A stretch of DNA of 32,000 bases from Candidatus Bathyarchaeota archaeon (GTDB lineage: Archaea; Thermoproteota; Bathyarchaeia; Bathyarchaeales; Bathyarchaeaceae). Below, piece by piece: positions 16,372 through 24,678 of this stretch; position 1 is the stretch's first letter, and each line of letters starts with the position of its first letter. The notes under the pieces were generated by a model. The model saw nothing but the letters and a program-made list of their open reading frames with translations. It was not told the origin of the DNA and ran no database searches. Made by a program: the position numbers and the translations under genes. Location of the stretch: the NCBI GenBank assembly GCA_020348865.1, contig CP070754.1, forward strand, positions 962,938 through 994,937, written 5' to 3'.

Positions 16372-17937
16372 ATGGAGGGGCGAACAGTGAGGGAAGTAGA
16401 TGCTGATGGAGAGACCTTAACAATCGAAGATGTGGTTGCAGTTGCTCGTGGTGATGCTGAAGTAAGGATTCCGCAGAAGACAAGGGAGAAAATCACAAGA
16501 TGCAGGCAGATTCTTGAAGAGCTTGTGAAAGAGACGAAAGTTGTCTACGGCGTTACGACAGGATTTGGGGCATTAGGAGCTGTAAGAATCCCTACAAAAG
16601 ACACCAAGGAGCTACAATTCAACTTGATTAGAAGCCATGCTTCAGGAGTTGGAAAACCGCTAGACAAAGATGCAACGCGGGCTTTGATGCTGTTGAGGGC
16701 TAACACCTTGGCAAAAGGGAATTCTGGAATCAAGCTGAAAACGCTAGAGACATTGGTTCAAATGATTAACAATAGAGTGCATCCTGTCGTTCCAGAAAAA
16801 GGGTCTGTGGGTGCTAGTGGTGACCTCTCTCCGTTGGCTCACATGACGTTGGTGATGCTAGGTGAAGGCGAGGCGGAGTACAAGGATAGAAAGATGAGTG
16901 GAAGAGAGGCGGTTGAGAAAGCTGGAATCCGCCCGGTTGAACTTGACTCTAAGGAGGGAATAGCCTTAATCAACGGTGCTCAAATGATGACGGCAGTTGG
17001 CGCACTTGTAGTCTACGATAGCGAAACATTGATTGGAACAGCTGAAATCGCTACTTCAATGAGCCTTGAAGCCTTGTATGGAATATCTGATGCGTTCGAT
17101 GAAAAAATCCATTACGTAAGACCCCATCTTGGACAAGTAGAGAGCGCCAGAAACATACGATCGTTGATTGCAGGAAGCAACTTGATTCAGCCAAGTAGTG
17201 AAGTGATAAAAGGGACGAAGAATAGGGCCCCTCAAGACGCTTATTGCTTGAGATGCGCTCCACAAGTCTTGGGGACAGCGAGAGACGCCATCGCCTACGC
17301 AAGAAAGATAGTTGAAACAGAAATCAACTCTGCCACAGATAACCCACTGATATTTCCTGACAATAGAGAATGCCTATCTGGCGGAAACTTCCACGGACAA
17401 CCAATAGCTGTTGCAATGGATTTGCTGGGGATAGCGCTTACCGTAGTCGGCAACATTTCTGAGAGACGAGTGGCAAGACTTGTCGACGAGAACCTAAGCG
17501 AGGGTTTGCCTGCTTTTCTAATATCCAGAGAGGTTGAAAAGGGAAAACATAGCGGTTATATGGCAGTCCAATTTACAGCTGCCTCATTAGCGTCAGAGAA
17601 CAAAGCTTTGGCACATCCTGCTAGTGTCGATTCGATACCTACTTCAGCGAATTTTGAAGATTTTGTCAGCATGGGAACAATTGCTGCAAGAAAAGCTGTG
17701 GAAATCCTCAAAAATGTAGAGTACATTGTAGCTATCGAGCTGTTGTGCGCGGCGCAGGGCATAGATTTTCGTGGATCAAACAAGCTTGGAAAAGGAACAA
17801 AGACAGCTTTTTCGATGATACGAAAAAAAGTGCCCATGTTAAAAGAAGACAGAGTACCATCTAAAGATATCGAAAGAGTGGTTGAACTAGTTCGGAGCGG
17901 AGAGCTAACAAAAGCTGTAGAGGCAACGATAACCTAG
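16372..17937 (+). CDS. hutH: Histidine ammonia-lyase
   Basis: The MIO-forming triad is present in 'GSVGASGDLSPLAHM', along with 'GFGA', 'NLIRSHA' and 'QDAYCLRCAPQV'. GTG at 16387, with GGAGG 7 nt upstream, is an alternative start. Confidence 0.92.
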   Translation: MEGRTVREVDADGETLTIEDVVAVARGDAEVRIPQKTREKITRCRQILEELVKETKVVYGVTTGFGALGAVRIPTKDTKELQFNLIRSHASGVGKPLDKDATRALMLLRANTLAKGNSGIKLKTLETLVQMINNRVHPVVPEKGSVGASGDLSPLAHMTLVMLGEGEAEYKDRKMSGREAVEKAGIRPVELDSKEGIALINGAQMMTAVGALVVYDSETLIGTAEIATSMSLEALYGISDAFDEKIHYVRPHLGQVESARNIRSLIAGSNLIQPSSEVIKGTKNRAPQDAYCLRCAPQVLGTARDAIAYARKIVETEINSATDNPLIFPDNRECLSGGNFHGQPIAVAMDLLGIALTVVGNISERRVARLVDENLSEGLPAFLISREVEKGKHSGYMAVQFTAASLASENKALAHPASVDSIPTSANFEDFVSMGTIAARKAVEILKNVEYIVAIELLCAAQGIDFRGSNKLGKGTKTAFSMIRKKVPMLKEDRVPSKDIERVVELVRSGELTKAVEATIT

Positions 17938-17970
17938 AAAACGCGGTAGCAGACAAAAGTGCTTTTGTGA

Positions 17971-18942
17971 TTATGCTAGCGCTTGCAGTGCCTTGAGACG
18001 TTTGACTATGTTAGGATGAGTGGAGAAAAGCTCAACTACCATATCCAACGTTGTCGTCCTTCTTCCAAGAACATCTTCAACAAGCTTTTGATCAGTCGAG
18101 TGTAACCCTGCTTGTCCCAGAGATTTCGCATCCAACCCAGCACGATCAGGATCCGCTATGAAGAGGCTTTTGAACGAGCTGGAACCACCGCTACCTCGAC
18201 GATGTTTCTTCAAATTTCTCGTTGAATGTACGATTTTTGCCAAGCCTTCAGAAAGTTTTCGGGGGCCATCTTCAACTATCGTGGCGCTGTGGCGGTCAGC
18301 GTAGTATTCGCGTAGACGGCTAAGATAGAGTGTGAAGAGAGTGAGAACCCAGTAGAGAATAATGCTTCCTAGACCTATGATTGCAGCTCCTCCGCTTCTT
18401 TCACCCCTGCCTGTCCGAGAAGAAAAAAGCATAGAGAGGCCGATGGCATAAAATAGGGCTGGTAGAAGTGAGACAAACATCATCACCTGAACATCTTTGT
18501 GTTTCAGGTGCCCCAGCTCATGGCCGATTACTGCTTCAACTTCATCAGCGTCCAACGTTTCCAAAAGCCCGTTTGTGACTGCCATTCGGCTCCCTGCGAC
18601 TGGAGAGCCATAGGCGAAAGCGTTTGGTAAGGAAATCTTGGCTAACATAACCTTTGGCATCTTGATACGACTTTTTCTGCTCAGCCTTTCTACTGTCTCA
18701 TATAGTTCAGGGTTATCTGACCTTGCTACCTCTTTCACACGGTACATGGCATCTATGAGGTATGGAGCAAACAGCCATTGACCAATGTTGAATGCCACGA
18801 TGATGAATGGTAACAACATGAAATTTATGTTGGTCATGTAGAGGATGCCTGCAAAAAAGAGTGTAGACAATCCAATGATAACGGATAAGGTTCCGAACAT
18901 AGAGAATCGGAGTTTCCACAAACCGCTCATAAAGTCAACCAT
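17971..18942 (-). CDS. htpX: HtpX-like M48 zinc metalloprotease
   Basis: Two N-terminal TM helices, the zinc motif 'HELGHLKH', two further TM helices, 'EYYADRHSA', and a C-terminal 'STHPNIVKRLKAL'. Confidence 0.85.
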   Translation of the reverse strand: MVDFMSGLWKLRFSMFGTLSVIIGLSTLFFAGILYMTNINFMLLPFIIVAFNIGQWLFAPYLIDAMYRVKEVARSDNPELYETVERLSRKSRIKMPKVMLAKISLPNAFAYGSPVAGSRMAVTNGLLETLDADEVEAVIGHELGHLKHKDVQVMMFVSLLPALFYAIGLSMLFSSRTGRGERSGGAAIIGLGSIILYWVLTLFTLYLSRLREYYADRHSATIVEDGPRKLSEGLAKIVHSTRNLKKHRRGSGGSSSFKSLFIADPDRAGLDAKSLGQAGLHSTDQKLVEDVLGRRTTTLDMVVELFSTHPNIVKRLKALQALA

Positions 18943-18963
18943 GAAGACGTAGAATTAAGGAGA

Positions 18964-18973
18964 TTTATAAATA
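18964..18973 (-). promoter_or_regulatory. TATA box of htpX
   Basis: TTTATAAATA is centred about 26 nt upstream of the ATG at 18942, which implies a leaderless or very short-leader mRNA. Confidence 0.5.
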
Positions 18974-19211
18974 TTGTTCAATAAAGATGCATGCGAAACA
19001 CTTTTCCAAAATGGTGGAATAGTGTAGAATACAGGCCCAGTTCAACTTGGGATTCAAGGATATCAAAGAGTGGAGCTATTCAGTATTCAACTTAAAAAGA
19101 TTTGATTGCAAGAAATACGCAATAGTGCTATCATAAATGCATGCACGTAGCCTTCCTCTGAGGGTCAACTCATCCCCTTTTTAGAAATACCTTGCCATTT
19201 CAACGGCTGTT

Positions 19212-20252
19212 TCAGTGTTCTTTCTTCTCGATCTTATAGAGACCATTAGTCTTCGAAACTTCGAATTTCACATTCAAGATTCTCTGAGTCAACCAAATGT
19301 TAGTCTCTAGATGTTCCGTAACTTTTCGCATTAGATAACTTGAACTTCCATCGGCTAGTGCGATATAAGGTATTAACATGTCGGCGAGATGTACATCCAA
19401 AGTAGCTCTGGAGTCGACTTCTTTGAAGAGGTTTTCGGCGGCTTCCCGTCCTACGACCTCACTGGATTTGCGAAGTTCGCCGATGGCGTCTCCTCCAAGC
19501 AGCGCACCTGAACTCGTCTTTGCCCACAACACAAGTGAACTTCCCTTTTGAAGAGGGTTGGACGTGTCGTTGATTATCTGGATTTCTGCTTTGTGTCCGC
19601 GAGCCGAAAGGTACCTGTTAGCCGCGTTGGCTTGACGTTCTGCCACTCTTCGATCTGCCAGGAACGTACATATAGAAATACCACGTAGCTCTTCCAGAGC
19701 TCCGAATTCTCTGAGGCACAGTGGATTAAGTCTTGGGCATGGCTGAACCTCCAGAGTCACTTCCCCCATGCCCTTCGGATAGTAGCCGTACTTGTGAATT
19801 GTAAGAGAAGCGTGCAGACCCATCCCATTCAACATTTCAAGAAGTATACTATCTATGTAGTTTATTGTGGGAGAATGACGAACGTCGGTGCCCCCTCTGA
19901 CAACATGGACTTGCACAGAATGCTTGGCCAGAGCACAGATTGGCAGTATCGTCAGTAACAACATTGGAATACTGCCAGCTGTTCCTATCTCAGCCCGTAC
20001 GTGGCCGCCTTTGATTTCCTGAGGTGTAAACCAGAGTTCGCGGGAACCCAGATTCGCGCCTTTGATCTCTGCATTGCATAGTTTTGCAGCTGTGAGTACC
20101 GCTTCAAGGTGTTGTGGTCTTAAGCCGGGTTGCGTGCGTTTCCGGCGGATGTTGAAGATATGCAGTGGTTGACCTAAGATGGCGGCAAGAGCGATGGACA
20201 GACGTAGTATGGTACCGCTTCCACTTCTCTTGCTTCCATCAATTTCTAGCAT
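19212..20252 (-). CDS. rtcA: RNA 3'-terminal phosphate cyclase
   Basis: 'MLEIDGSKRSGSGTILRLSIALAAILGQPLHIFNIRRKRTQPGLRPQHL' is the RtcA N-terminal signature. The length of 346 aa is typical, and GTGAGG lies 7 nt before the ATG. Confidence 0.9.
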   Translation of the reverse strand: MLEIDGSKRSGSGTILRLSIALAAILGQPLHIFNIRRKRTQPGLRPQHLEAVLTAAKLCNAEIKGANLGSRELWFTPQEIKGGHVRAEIGTAGSIPMLLLTILPICALAKHSVQVHVVRGGTDVRHSPTINYIDSILLEMLNGMGLHASLTIHKYGYYPKGMGEVTLEVQPCPRLNPLCLREFGALEELRGISICTFLADRRVAERQANAANRYLSARGHKAEIQIINDTSNPLQKGSSLVLWAKTSSGALLGGDAIGELRKSSEVVGREAAENLFKEVDSRATLDVHLADMLIPYIALADGSSSYLMRKVTEHLETNIWLTQRILNVKFEVSKTNGLYKIEKKEH

Positions 20253-20348
20253 GCTAGAGCCTCACAGCTCTTTTTGTATGGCAATGATGGTGCTAAGATA
20301 AAGATAAATGAGAAATCGAATAAAATAACTATGTGTGGAGGCTTACAG

Positions 20349-20738
20349 ATGAGTGAAAAGAAGCCGACTCCTGACGAGCTTCTAGAGCGGATTAACGAGC
20401 TTCTCAATGTTTTGAAGATGATTTCCAGAGATCTTGGTGAAGTTACGAAGTCACTTGAGACAATAGCTGTTCCAGGTGCCCCTACAGCTCCTGCTGCTTC
20501 TACGCCAGCCAGAGCGGAGGACACGGGTGGTTTTGCCGATTTGAAAACTTTGTTCCCAAAGGATTTAGTGGAGATGTTGACTTTTGAGGAAGAGAAAGAC
20601 CATGTTGTGATTAGAACTCGTAAATATCTGGGGAAAGACAATTTCTCAAAGATTGCATCCATAATCCGTGAGGTTGGCGGAGAATACATCAGTGCAGGAA
20701 AGCAATCACACTTCAAGATTCCCAAAGAAACCACATAA
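20349..20738 (+). CDS. Hypothetical protein: N-terminal coiled coil, Pro/Ala linker, conserved-looking C-terminal domain
   Basis: The ATG at 20349 is preceded by GGAGG (20337-20341). It is divergent from rtcA. I recognise no family, and the antisense 162-aa ORF looks like a shadow. Confidence 0.6.
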   Translation: MSEKKPTPDELLERINELLNVLKMISRDLGEVTKSLETIAVPGAPTAPAASTPARAEDTGGFADLKTLFPKDLVEMLTFEEEKDHVVIRTRKYLGKDNFSKIASIIREVGGEYISAGKQSHFKIPKETT

Positions 20739-20812
20739 AGAAACGCGTTCAGCTGAGCTGCAACCCATTCTATCTGACTCTAGTAGCGAAGAGTGAAGCA
20801 TCATAGACGTAT

Positions 20813-21100
20813 TCATACTTGAATCCCATGCCTAATCCGAAACTCTTCATACTCTCCTTTATAATCCTCCCATTCAACTTCTAAGCAAGCAACCCTAGCC
20901 CCAGAAGGTCCGCTCCTGCAGAATTCAACCAGCTGCTCCACACTCTTTTTGTCTCCTTCAAAAACAGCCTCAACCCGACCATCCTGCAAATTTCTAACCC
21001 AGCCACAAACGGCAAACTGAGCGGCTAAACGTCTGGTTTCATATCGAAAGAAAACGCCCTGAACCCTACCAATCACAAAGACATGAGCTCTAGCTTTCAA
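20813..21100 (-). CDS. acyP: Acylphosphatase
   Basis: A 95-aa protein. 'VIGRVQGVFFRYETRRLAAQFAVCGWVRNLQDGRVEAVFEG' carries the V.G.VQGV.FR and GWVRN motifs. Confidence 0.85.
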   Translation of the reverse strand: MKARAHVFVIGRVQGVFFRYETRRLAAQFAVCGWVRNLQDGRVEAVFEGDKKSVEQLVEFCRSGPSGARVACLEVEWEDYKGEYEEFRIRHGIQV

Positions 21101-21252
21101 GGTCTCTTTCCTTCCCTCATAGATGCCCTTATCATGTGTTTTCTAGCACTCGTCTCTGGTCTATTAACACTTTCACTAAACTCTCTCTGCTATCATTAAT
21201 GACGTTGCTCCGAGACCTTTAAAGTCAAACTGAAACGCCTACTTGTAGTGAG

Positions 21253-21585
21253 GTGAGCTGTTTGCTTTTCAACAACGGAAAATTCTTAATCTACGCGTCG
21301 AGTCAGCACACACGTTTGGAAACCGTCAGGACAGCTGTGGCGAAAGTCGCTGAAACACTGAAACTTAGCCTGGAAGTTGCTCACACAAAAAAAGCTCTGC
21401 CCATCTATGTGTATTATCGAAGTGACCGCTGTAGAGAAGAGATACCAGTCTACTCCGACTGGGGTAAAGACGGAAGTGAAGAAGATGTCTACGATGCCAT
21501 CAAAAGCGTGATGTATGTGCTATCCTTTCACCCTAAACATTCCGCGCTGCAAACCGTAAGGAAAGAAATATGCATCCTGTCCTAA
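21253..21585 (+). CDS. Hypothetical protein (110 aa)
   Basis: The GTG start lies about 30 nt downstream of the palindromic CTTTAAAG at 21217-21224. I recognise no family, and the evidence for coding is only moderate. Confidence 0.45.
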   Translation: MSCLLFNNGKFLIYASSQHTRLETVRTAVAKVAETLKLSLEVAHTKKALPIYVYYRSDRCREEIPVYSDWGKDGSEEDVYDAIKSVMYVLSFHPKHSALQTVRKEICILS

Positions 21586-21599
21586 CGTGAACTATTCGG

Positions 21600-21926
21600 C
21601 TAGGGCGCCTTCTTGAATCTCAACGTCTGGTTTGACAAATTCAGTTCATATATCTGGTTTACGTCAAAATCGATTCCGAGCTCCTCATATTCGGGTTCTG
21701 TAAGAAAAAGAATCATCTTCGGCAAACTAAATTGAGCCCGCGTGGGAAACACAGGAAGCTGTTGCTGCAACGCTTGGACAACACCCTGAACCATCCTCGC
21801 CTCTTCCGAAGAAGGCCTAACTGCAAATCTTGGAACGCTACGTTCTTCAATCAATTCTATACGCTTTCCAAGATTCCCATCAGGATCACGTATAGACTCG
21901 ATTTTCTGCACTCTTACTCTTATCAT
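21600..21926 (-). CDS. Hypothetical small protein (108 aa), immediately downstream of the guaA-like gene
   Basis: I prefer the ATG at 21926 (MIRVRVQKIE...) over the GTG at 21935. It is co-oriented with the guaA-like gene and lies 58-67 nt after its stop. I recognise no family. Confidence 0.55.
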   Translation of the reverse strand: MIRVRVQKIESIRDPDGNLGKRIELIEERSVPRFAVRPSSEEARMVQGVVQALQQQLPVFPTRAQFSLPKMILFLTEPEYEELGIDFDVNQIYELNLSNQTLRFKKAP

Positions 21927-21993
21927 GCTACCCACTCACAATCAGCATTCACTAGCGCATTGAGGGCTTTATGCATTTCCGAAAAGTGGCTAC

Positions 21994-23202
21994 CTATTCC
22001 ATTTCGATGGTTGCGGGCGGCTTCGGCGTCACGTCGTAGTAGACACACGCAACATTTGAGCAACCTTCAAGGATGCTTTTCGCACTCTGACTCAAGGTTG
22101 TCCAAGGGATTTCAGATACTTCTGCAGTTAGGAAATTGTGGGTCTGGATTGCCCGTATTGTAACAACATAGGGTTGTTTTCGCGGGATTTCTTGAACAGC
22201 ATATAAAACCCGCGTGGTAGATGGATTTGTCGTGACGATCTTAGTCTGTAGGTTCACCAAGTCCTGAATTTGTGGCCGGCGAATCTCACCGTCTGTCGTC
22301 TGAGCCTCAACGGCAACAATCTCTCCGTAATGTCGCAAGCTCCCTTTCATGCCCGTTGCTTTGTCTCTGAAAACCTTCACAAGCACGTTTTCTAATGGAA
22401 CACCGAGATGTTGGGCTGCAATCTTTCGCATAGCCATCAATCTTGAATGATGCGGTTCATCTTGGTTGTCAATGATCGTCGCAAAGTATTGACTTGGTTT
22501 GTGTTTTGTCAGGTTATTCTCAGTTATTACAGTAGCTTTCTTCAACGACTCTAGCTTATCGGTTCTGTTCTCCCCCACAACTCGCACCGAGAGTCCAGGT
22601 CCCGGAAAAGGCTGGCGTTCAGACAATTCAGACGGGACCCCCAGAAACCTTGCCACTTCTCTCACCTGTGGCTTGTAGATAGACACGAGAGGTTCAATGA
22701 GCCGGAAGCCGTACTGTTTGGTGGTGCTTATTCCAATCTGTGAGAGCACGTTGTGTTGAGTTTTTATGCCCTTGGTAGTTTCGTCTACGTCTGCACGGAT
22801 TGTTCCTTGCACGAGGAACCAGAAGCTTTCTTCCTTCGCAACCATGCTCAAAACCCTGTAGAAGGTTTCCCGAAACGCCTTTCGTTTCTCCTCAGCGTCG
22901 CGTAGCCCTTCTAGTGCTCCTAGAAACTGTTTCTGGACATCTAGTATTCTTATCGGCAGGTTTAGAGGAGGCGATGATAGCAACTGGGCGATTCTCTCAG
23001 GTTCTCCGGTCCGCATGAAGGCGTCGTCAATCGTTACACAGAGAAGGTTTTCGCCCAAAGCACGATGAGTGAGTACCGCACAGGCCGTGCTGTCGACGCC
23101 TCCAGATACCGCGATCAGAGCTCTTTCGCCTTTGACAACCTTTCTAATTCCCGCCACCTGTCTATCCACAAACTCTTTGGGACTAAACTCCTGCAAAATC
23201 AT
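21994..23202 (-). CDS. guaA: GMP synthase subunit-B-like PP-loop ATP pyrophosphatase with expanded C-terminal region
   Basis: The PP-loop 'ALIAVSGGVDSTACAVL', then 'LVQGTIRAD', 'IEPLVSIYKPQVREVARFLGVP', 'QPFPGPGLSVRV' and the terminal 'YYDVTPKPPATIEME' are collinear with archaeal GuaA-B (...YDITNKPPATIEFE). At 402 aa it is about 90 aa longer than usual. Confidence 0.75.
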   Translation of the reverse strand: MILQEFSPKEFVDRQVAGIRKVVKGERALIAVSGGVDSTACAVLTHRALGENLLCVTIDDAFMRTGEPERIAQLLSSPPLNLPIRILDVQKQFLGALEGLRDAEEKRKAFRETFYRVLSMVAKEESFWFLVQGTIRADVDETTKGIKTQHNVLSQIGISTTKQYGFRLIEPLVSIYKPQVREVARFLGVPSELSERQPFPGPGLSVRVVGENRTDKLESLKKATVITENNLTKHKPSQYFATIIDNQDEPHHSRLMAMRKIAAQHLGVPLENVLVKVFRDKATGMKGSLRHYGEIVAVEAQTTDGEIRRPQIQDLVNLQTKIVTTNPSTTRVLYAVQEIPRKQPYVVTIRAIQTHNFLTAEVSEIPWTTLSQSAKSILEGCSNVACVYYDVTPKPPATIEME

Positions 23203-23394
23203 GCAACCCCATTAGACTAACTCATGCACGTTTTTTCTGTTAATATATCTACCGCCCCAAGACTCTCCATCTATCCCCTTGACTGGACAGGCAACGCTTG
23301 CTGGAATACATGAGAATCAATATGCTACGCCAACGCAGAACAGAACTGGCAAATCTCAAATACTCGTACTGAAAAGCCATACATGTTTAACACA

Positions 23395-23406
23395 TTTATA
23401 ATAATA
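23395..23406 (+). promoter_or_regulatory. TATA box for the RHH-pyrF transcription unit
   Basis: TTTATAATAATA is centred about 40 nt upstream of the TTG at 23442. GAGGTG (23429-23434) lies between them. Confidence 0.5.
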
Positions 23407-23441
23407 GCTACATAATATCGTAGGCGTTGAGGTGTAAGTCA

Positions 23442-23594
23442 TTGAAGCTTGTTACAGTTCTTCTCCCTGAAGCTTATCTGGAAGGACTTGACGAACTTGT
23501 AAGAGCAGCCATGTACCCAAGTCGACGCGCTGCAATTCGAGCAGCAGTCAGAGACATGCTTAAGAAGGAATTATGGGGCAGACGAGAAGAATAA
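23442..23594 (+). CDS. Small ribbon-helix-helix (CopG/Arc-like) protein, 50 aa; absent from the supplied ORF track
   Basis: My own translation is 'M/LKLVTVLLPEAYLEGLDELVRAAMYPSRRAAIRAAVRDMLKKELWGRREE*'. It reads as a beta-strand (VTVLLP) plus two helices, which is RHH-like. The TTG start has GAGGTG 7 nt upstream. The stop lies 2 nt before the pyrF ATG. Confidence 0.6.
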   Translation: MKLVTVLLPEAYLEGLDELVRAAMYPSRRAAIRAAVRDMLKKELWGRREE

Positions 23595-23596
23595 GC

Positions 23597-24517
23597 ATGA
23601 ACTATCGAGAAATGCTTGTTGAGACTGCCAATCGTAGCCGCAGCTTGGTGTGCATGGGTGCGGACCCAGTTATCGAAAGAATCCCCACAAACAAGACTTC
23701 CGTTGAAGAGAAGATATTTTGTTTCTACGAAGATATTATCAATGCGCTTCTCAGCGAAGATGAGCTGGTAAGCGCAATAAAACCGAACTATGCTTTCTAT
23801 GCACAGTATGGCTTTGAAGGACTAAGAGCTTTGAAGCGGCTCATAGACTTCTCAAAAACAAAAGGATTTCCCACAATTCTTGACGCCAAAAGAGGTGACA
23901 TCGGCAAAACCAGTGCGGCCTACTCTAACGAAGTCTTTGACTTCTTCGGTGCAGACGCAGTTACTATCTCTCCATACATGGGCTCAGACAGCGTAACGCC
24001 CTTCATCAATCGAAGCAAGAATGAAGGGAAGGGCGTCTACATCCTAGCCAGAACATCTAACATAGGAGCAGCTGATCTACAGGACCTCGTTACCCTGGAA
24101 GGCGAGCCTCTCTTTTTGAGAACCATCAAAAAAACCGTTTCATGGGCACAGAAAGGCGGTGGCAATGTTGGCGCTGTTGTCGGAGCCACGTCCCTTAGAG
24201 AGTTATCAGAAATCTACCGCGCTCTTGTAGAAGAAAAACAGATGATTCCGTTATTGATACCTGGGGTAGGCACTCAAGGTGGCTCTGCGGGTGATGTAGT
24301 CTCATCGGTAGTAGAAGCCAGCAAAGGTGTGAGCCTTGACGACGCCACCATAAAAACAGACCTGCTAACTATCAGGATAAACAGTTCAAGTGGAATCAAC
24401 TACGCTTATGAAAGAAAAGGCACAAGCGATTATGCAAAAGCCGCTGTCCAAGCGGTTAGAGAGCTTAACAGAGAAATTGACGGGGCTTTGAGAAAAGAGA
24501 AAATCAGGCTCTACTAG
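23597..24517 (+). CDS. pyrF: Orotidine 5'-phosphate decarboxylase (type 2)
   Basis: 'LVCMGADP', 'AIKPNYAFY', 'ILDAKRGDIGKTSAAY' (D-x-K-x-x-D) and 'ISPYMGSDS'. I prefer the ATG at 23597 over 23573, which would overlap the RHH gene. Confidence 0.88.
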   Translation: MNYREMLVETANRSRSLVCMGADPVIERIPTNKTSVEEKIFCFYEDIINALLSEDELVSAIKPNYAFYAQYGFEGLRALKRLIDFSKTKGFPTILDAKRGDIGKTSAAYSNEVFDFFGADAVTISPYMGSDSVTPFINRSKNEGKGVYILARTSNIGAADLQDLVTLEGEPLFLRTIKKTVSWAQKGGGNVGAVVGATSLRELSEIYRALVEEKQMIPLLIPGVGTQGGSAGDVVSSVVEASKGVSLDDATIKTDLLTIRINSSSGINYAYERKGTSDYAKAAVQAVRELNREIDGALRKEKIRLY

Positions 24518-24626
24518 TATGCGCGCAATACTTGCACTTCGTGTTTGCACGTGTGTTTCTGTTTGCGGGTTCTCGCGGGAGAAAGATGGTTAAACCTTCC
24601 GTTTTCTGTATAGAATGGCGTGCATT

Positions 24627-24678
24627 TTTCTCTGTGAGACCTTCGAACCTGTCGAAGTCTCCCTCCAATAGAGAGAAA
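24627..24678. other. Compound stem-loop inside the 527-nt gene-free gap (candidate structured RNA element)
   Basis: The inner hairpin is GAGAC-c-TTCGA / TCGAA-GTCTC (24636-24661), 10 bp with a 1-nt bulge and loop ACCTG. The outer helix is TTTCTCT (24627-24633) / AGAGAAA (24672-24678). Confidence 0.25.

Noticed and set aside
20246-20734. A 162-aa minus-strand ORF covering almost exactly the same span as the plus-strand 20274-20738 ORF.
   Set aside because: It would have to start inside or overlapping the rtcA start region with no SD. Its product is Ser/Pro/Ala-rich and low-complexity. The plus-strand frame has a strong GGAGG-ATG and a domain-like sequence. I treat it as an antisense shadow ORF.
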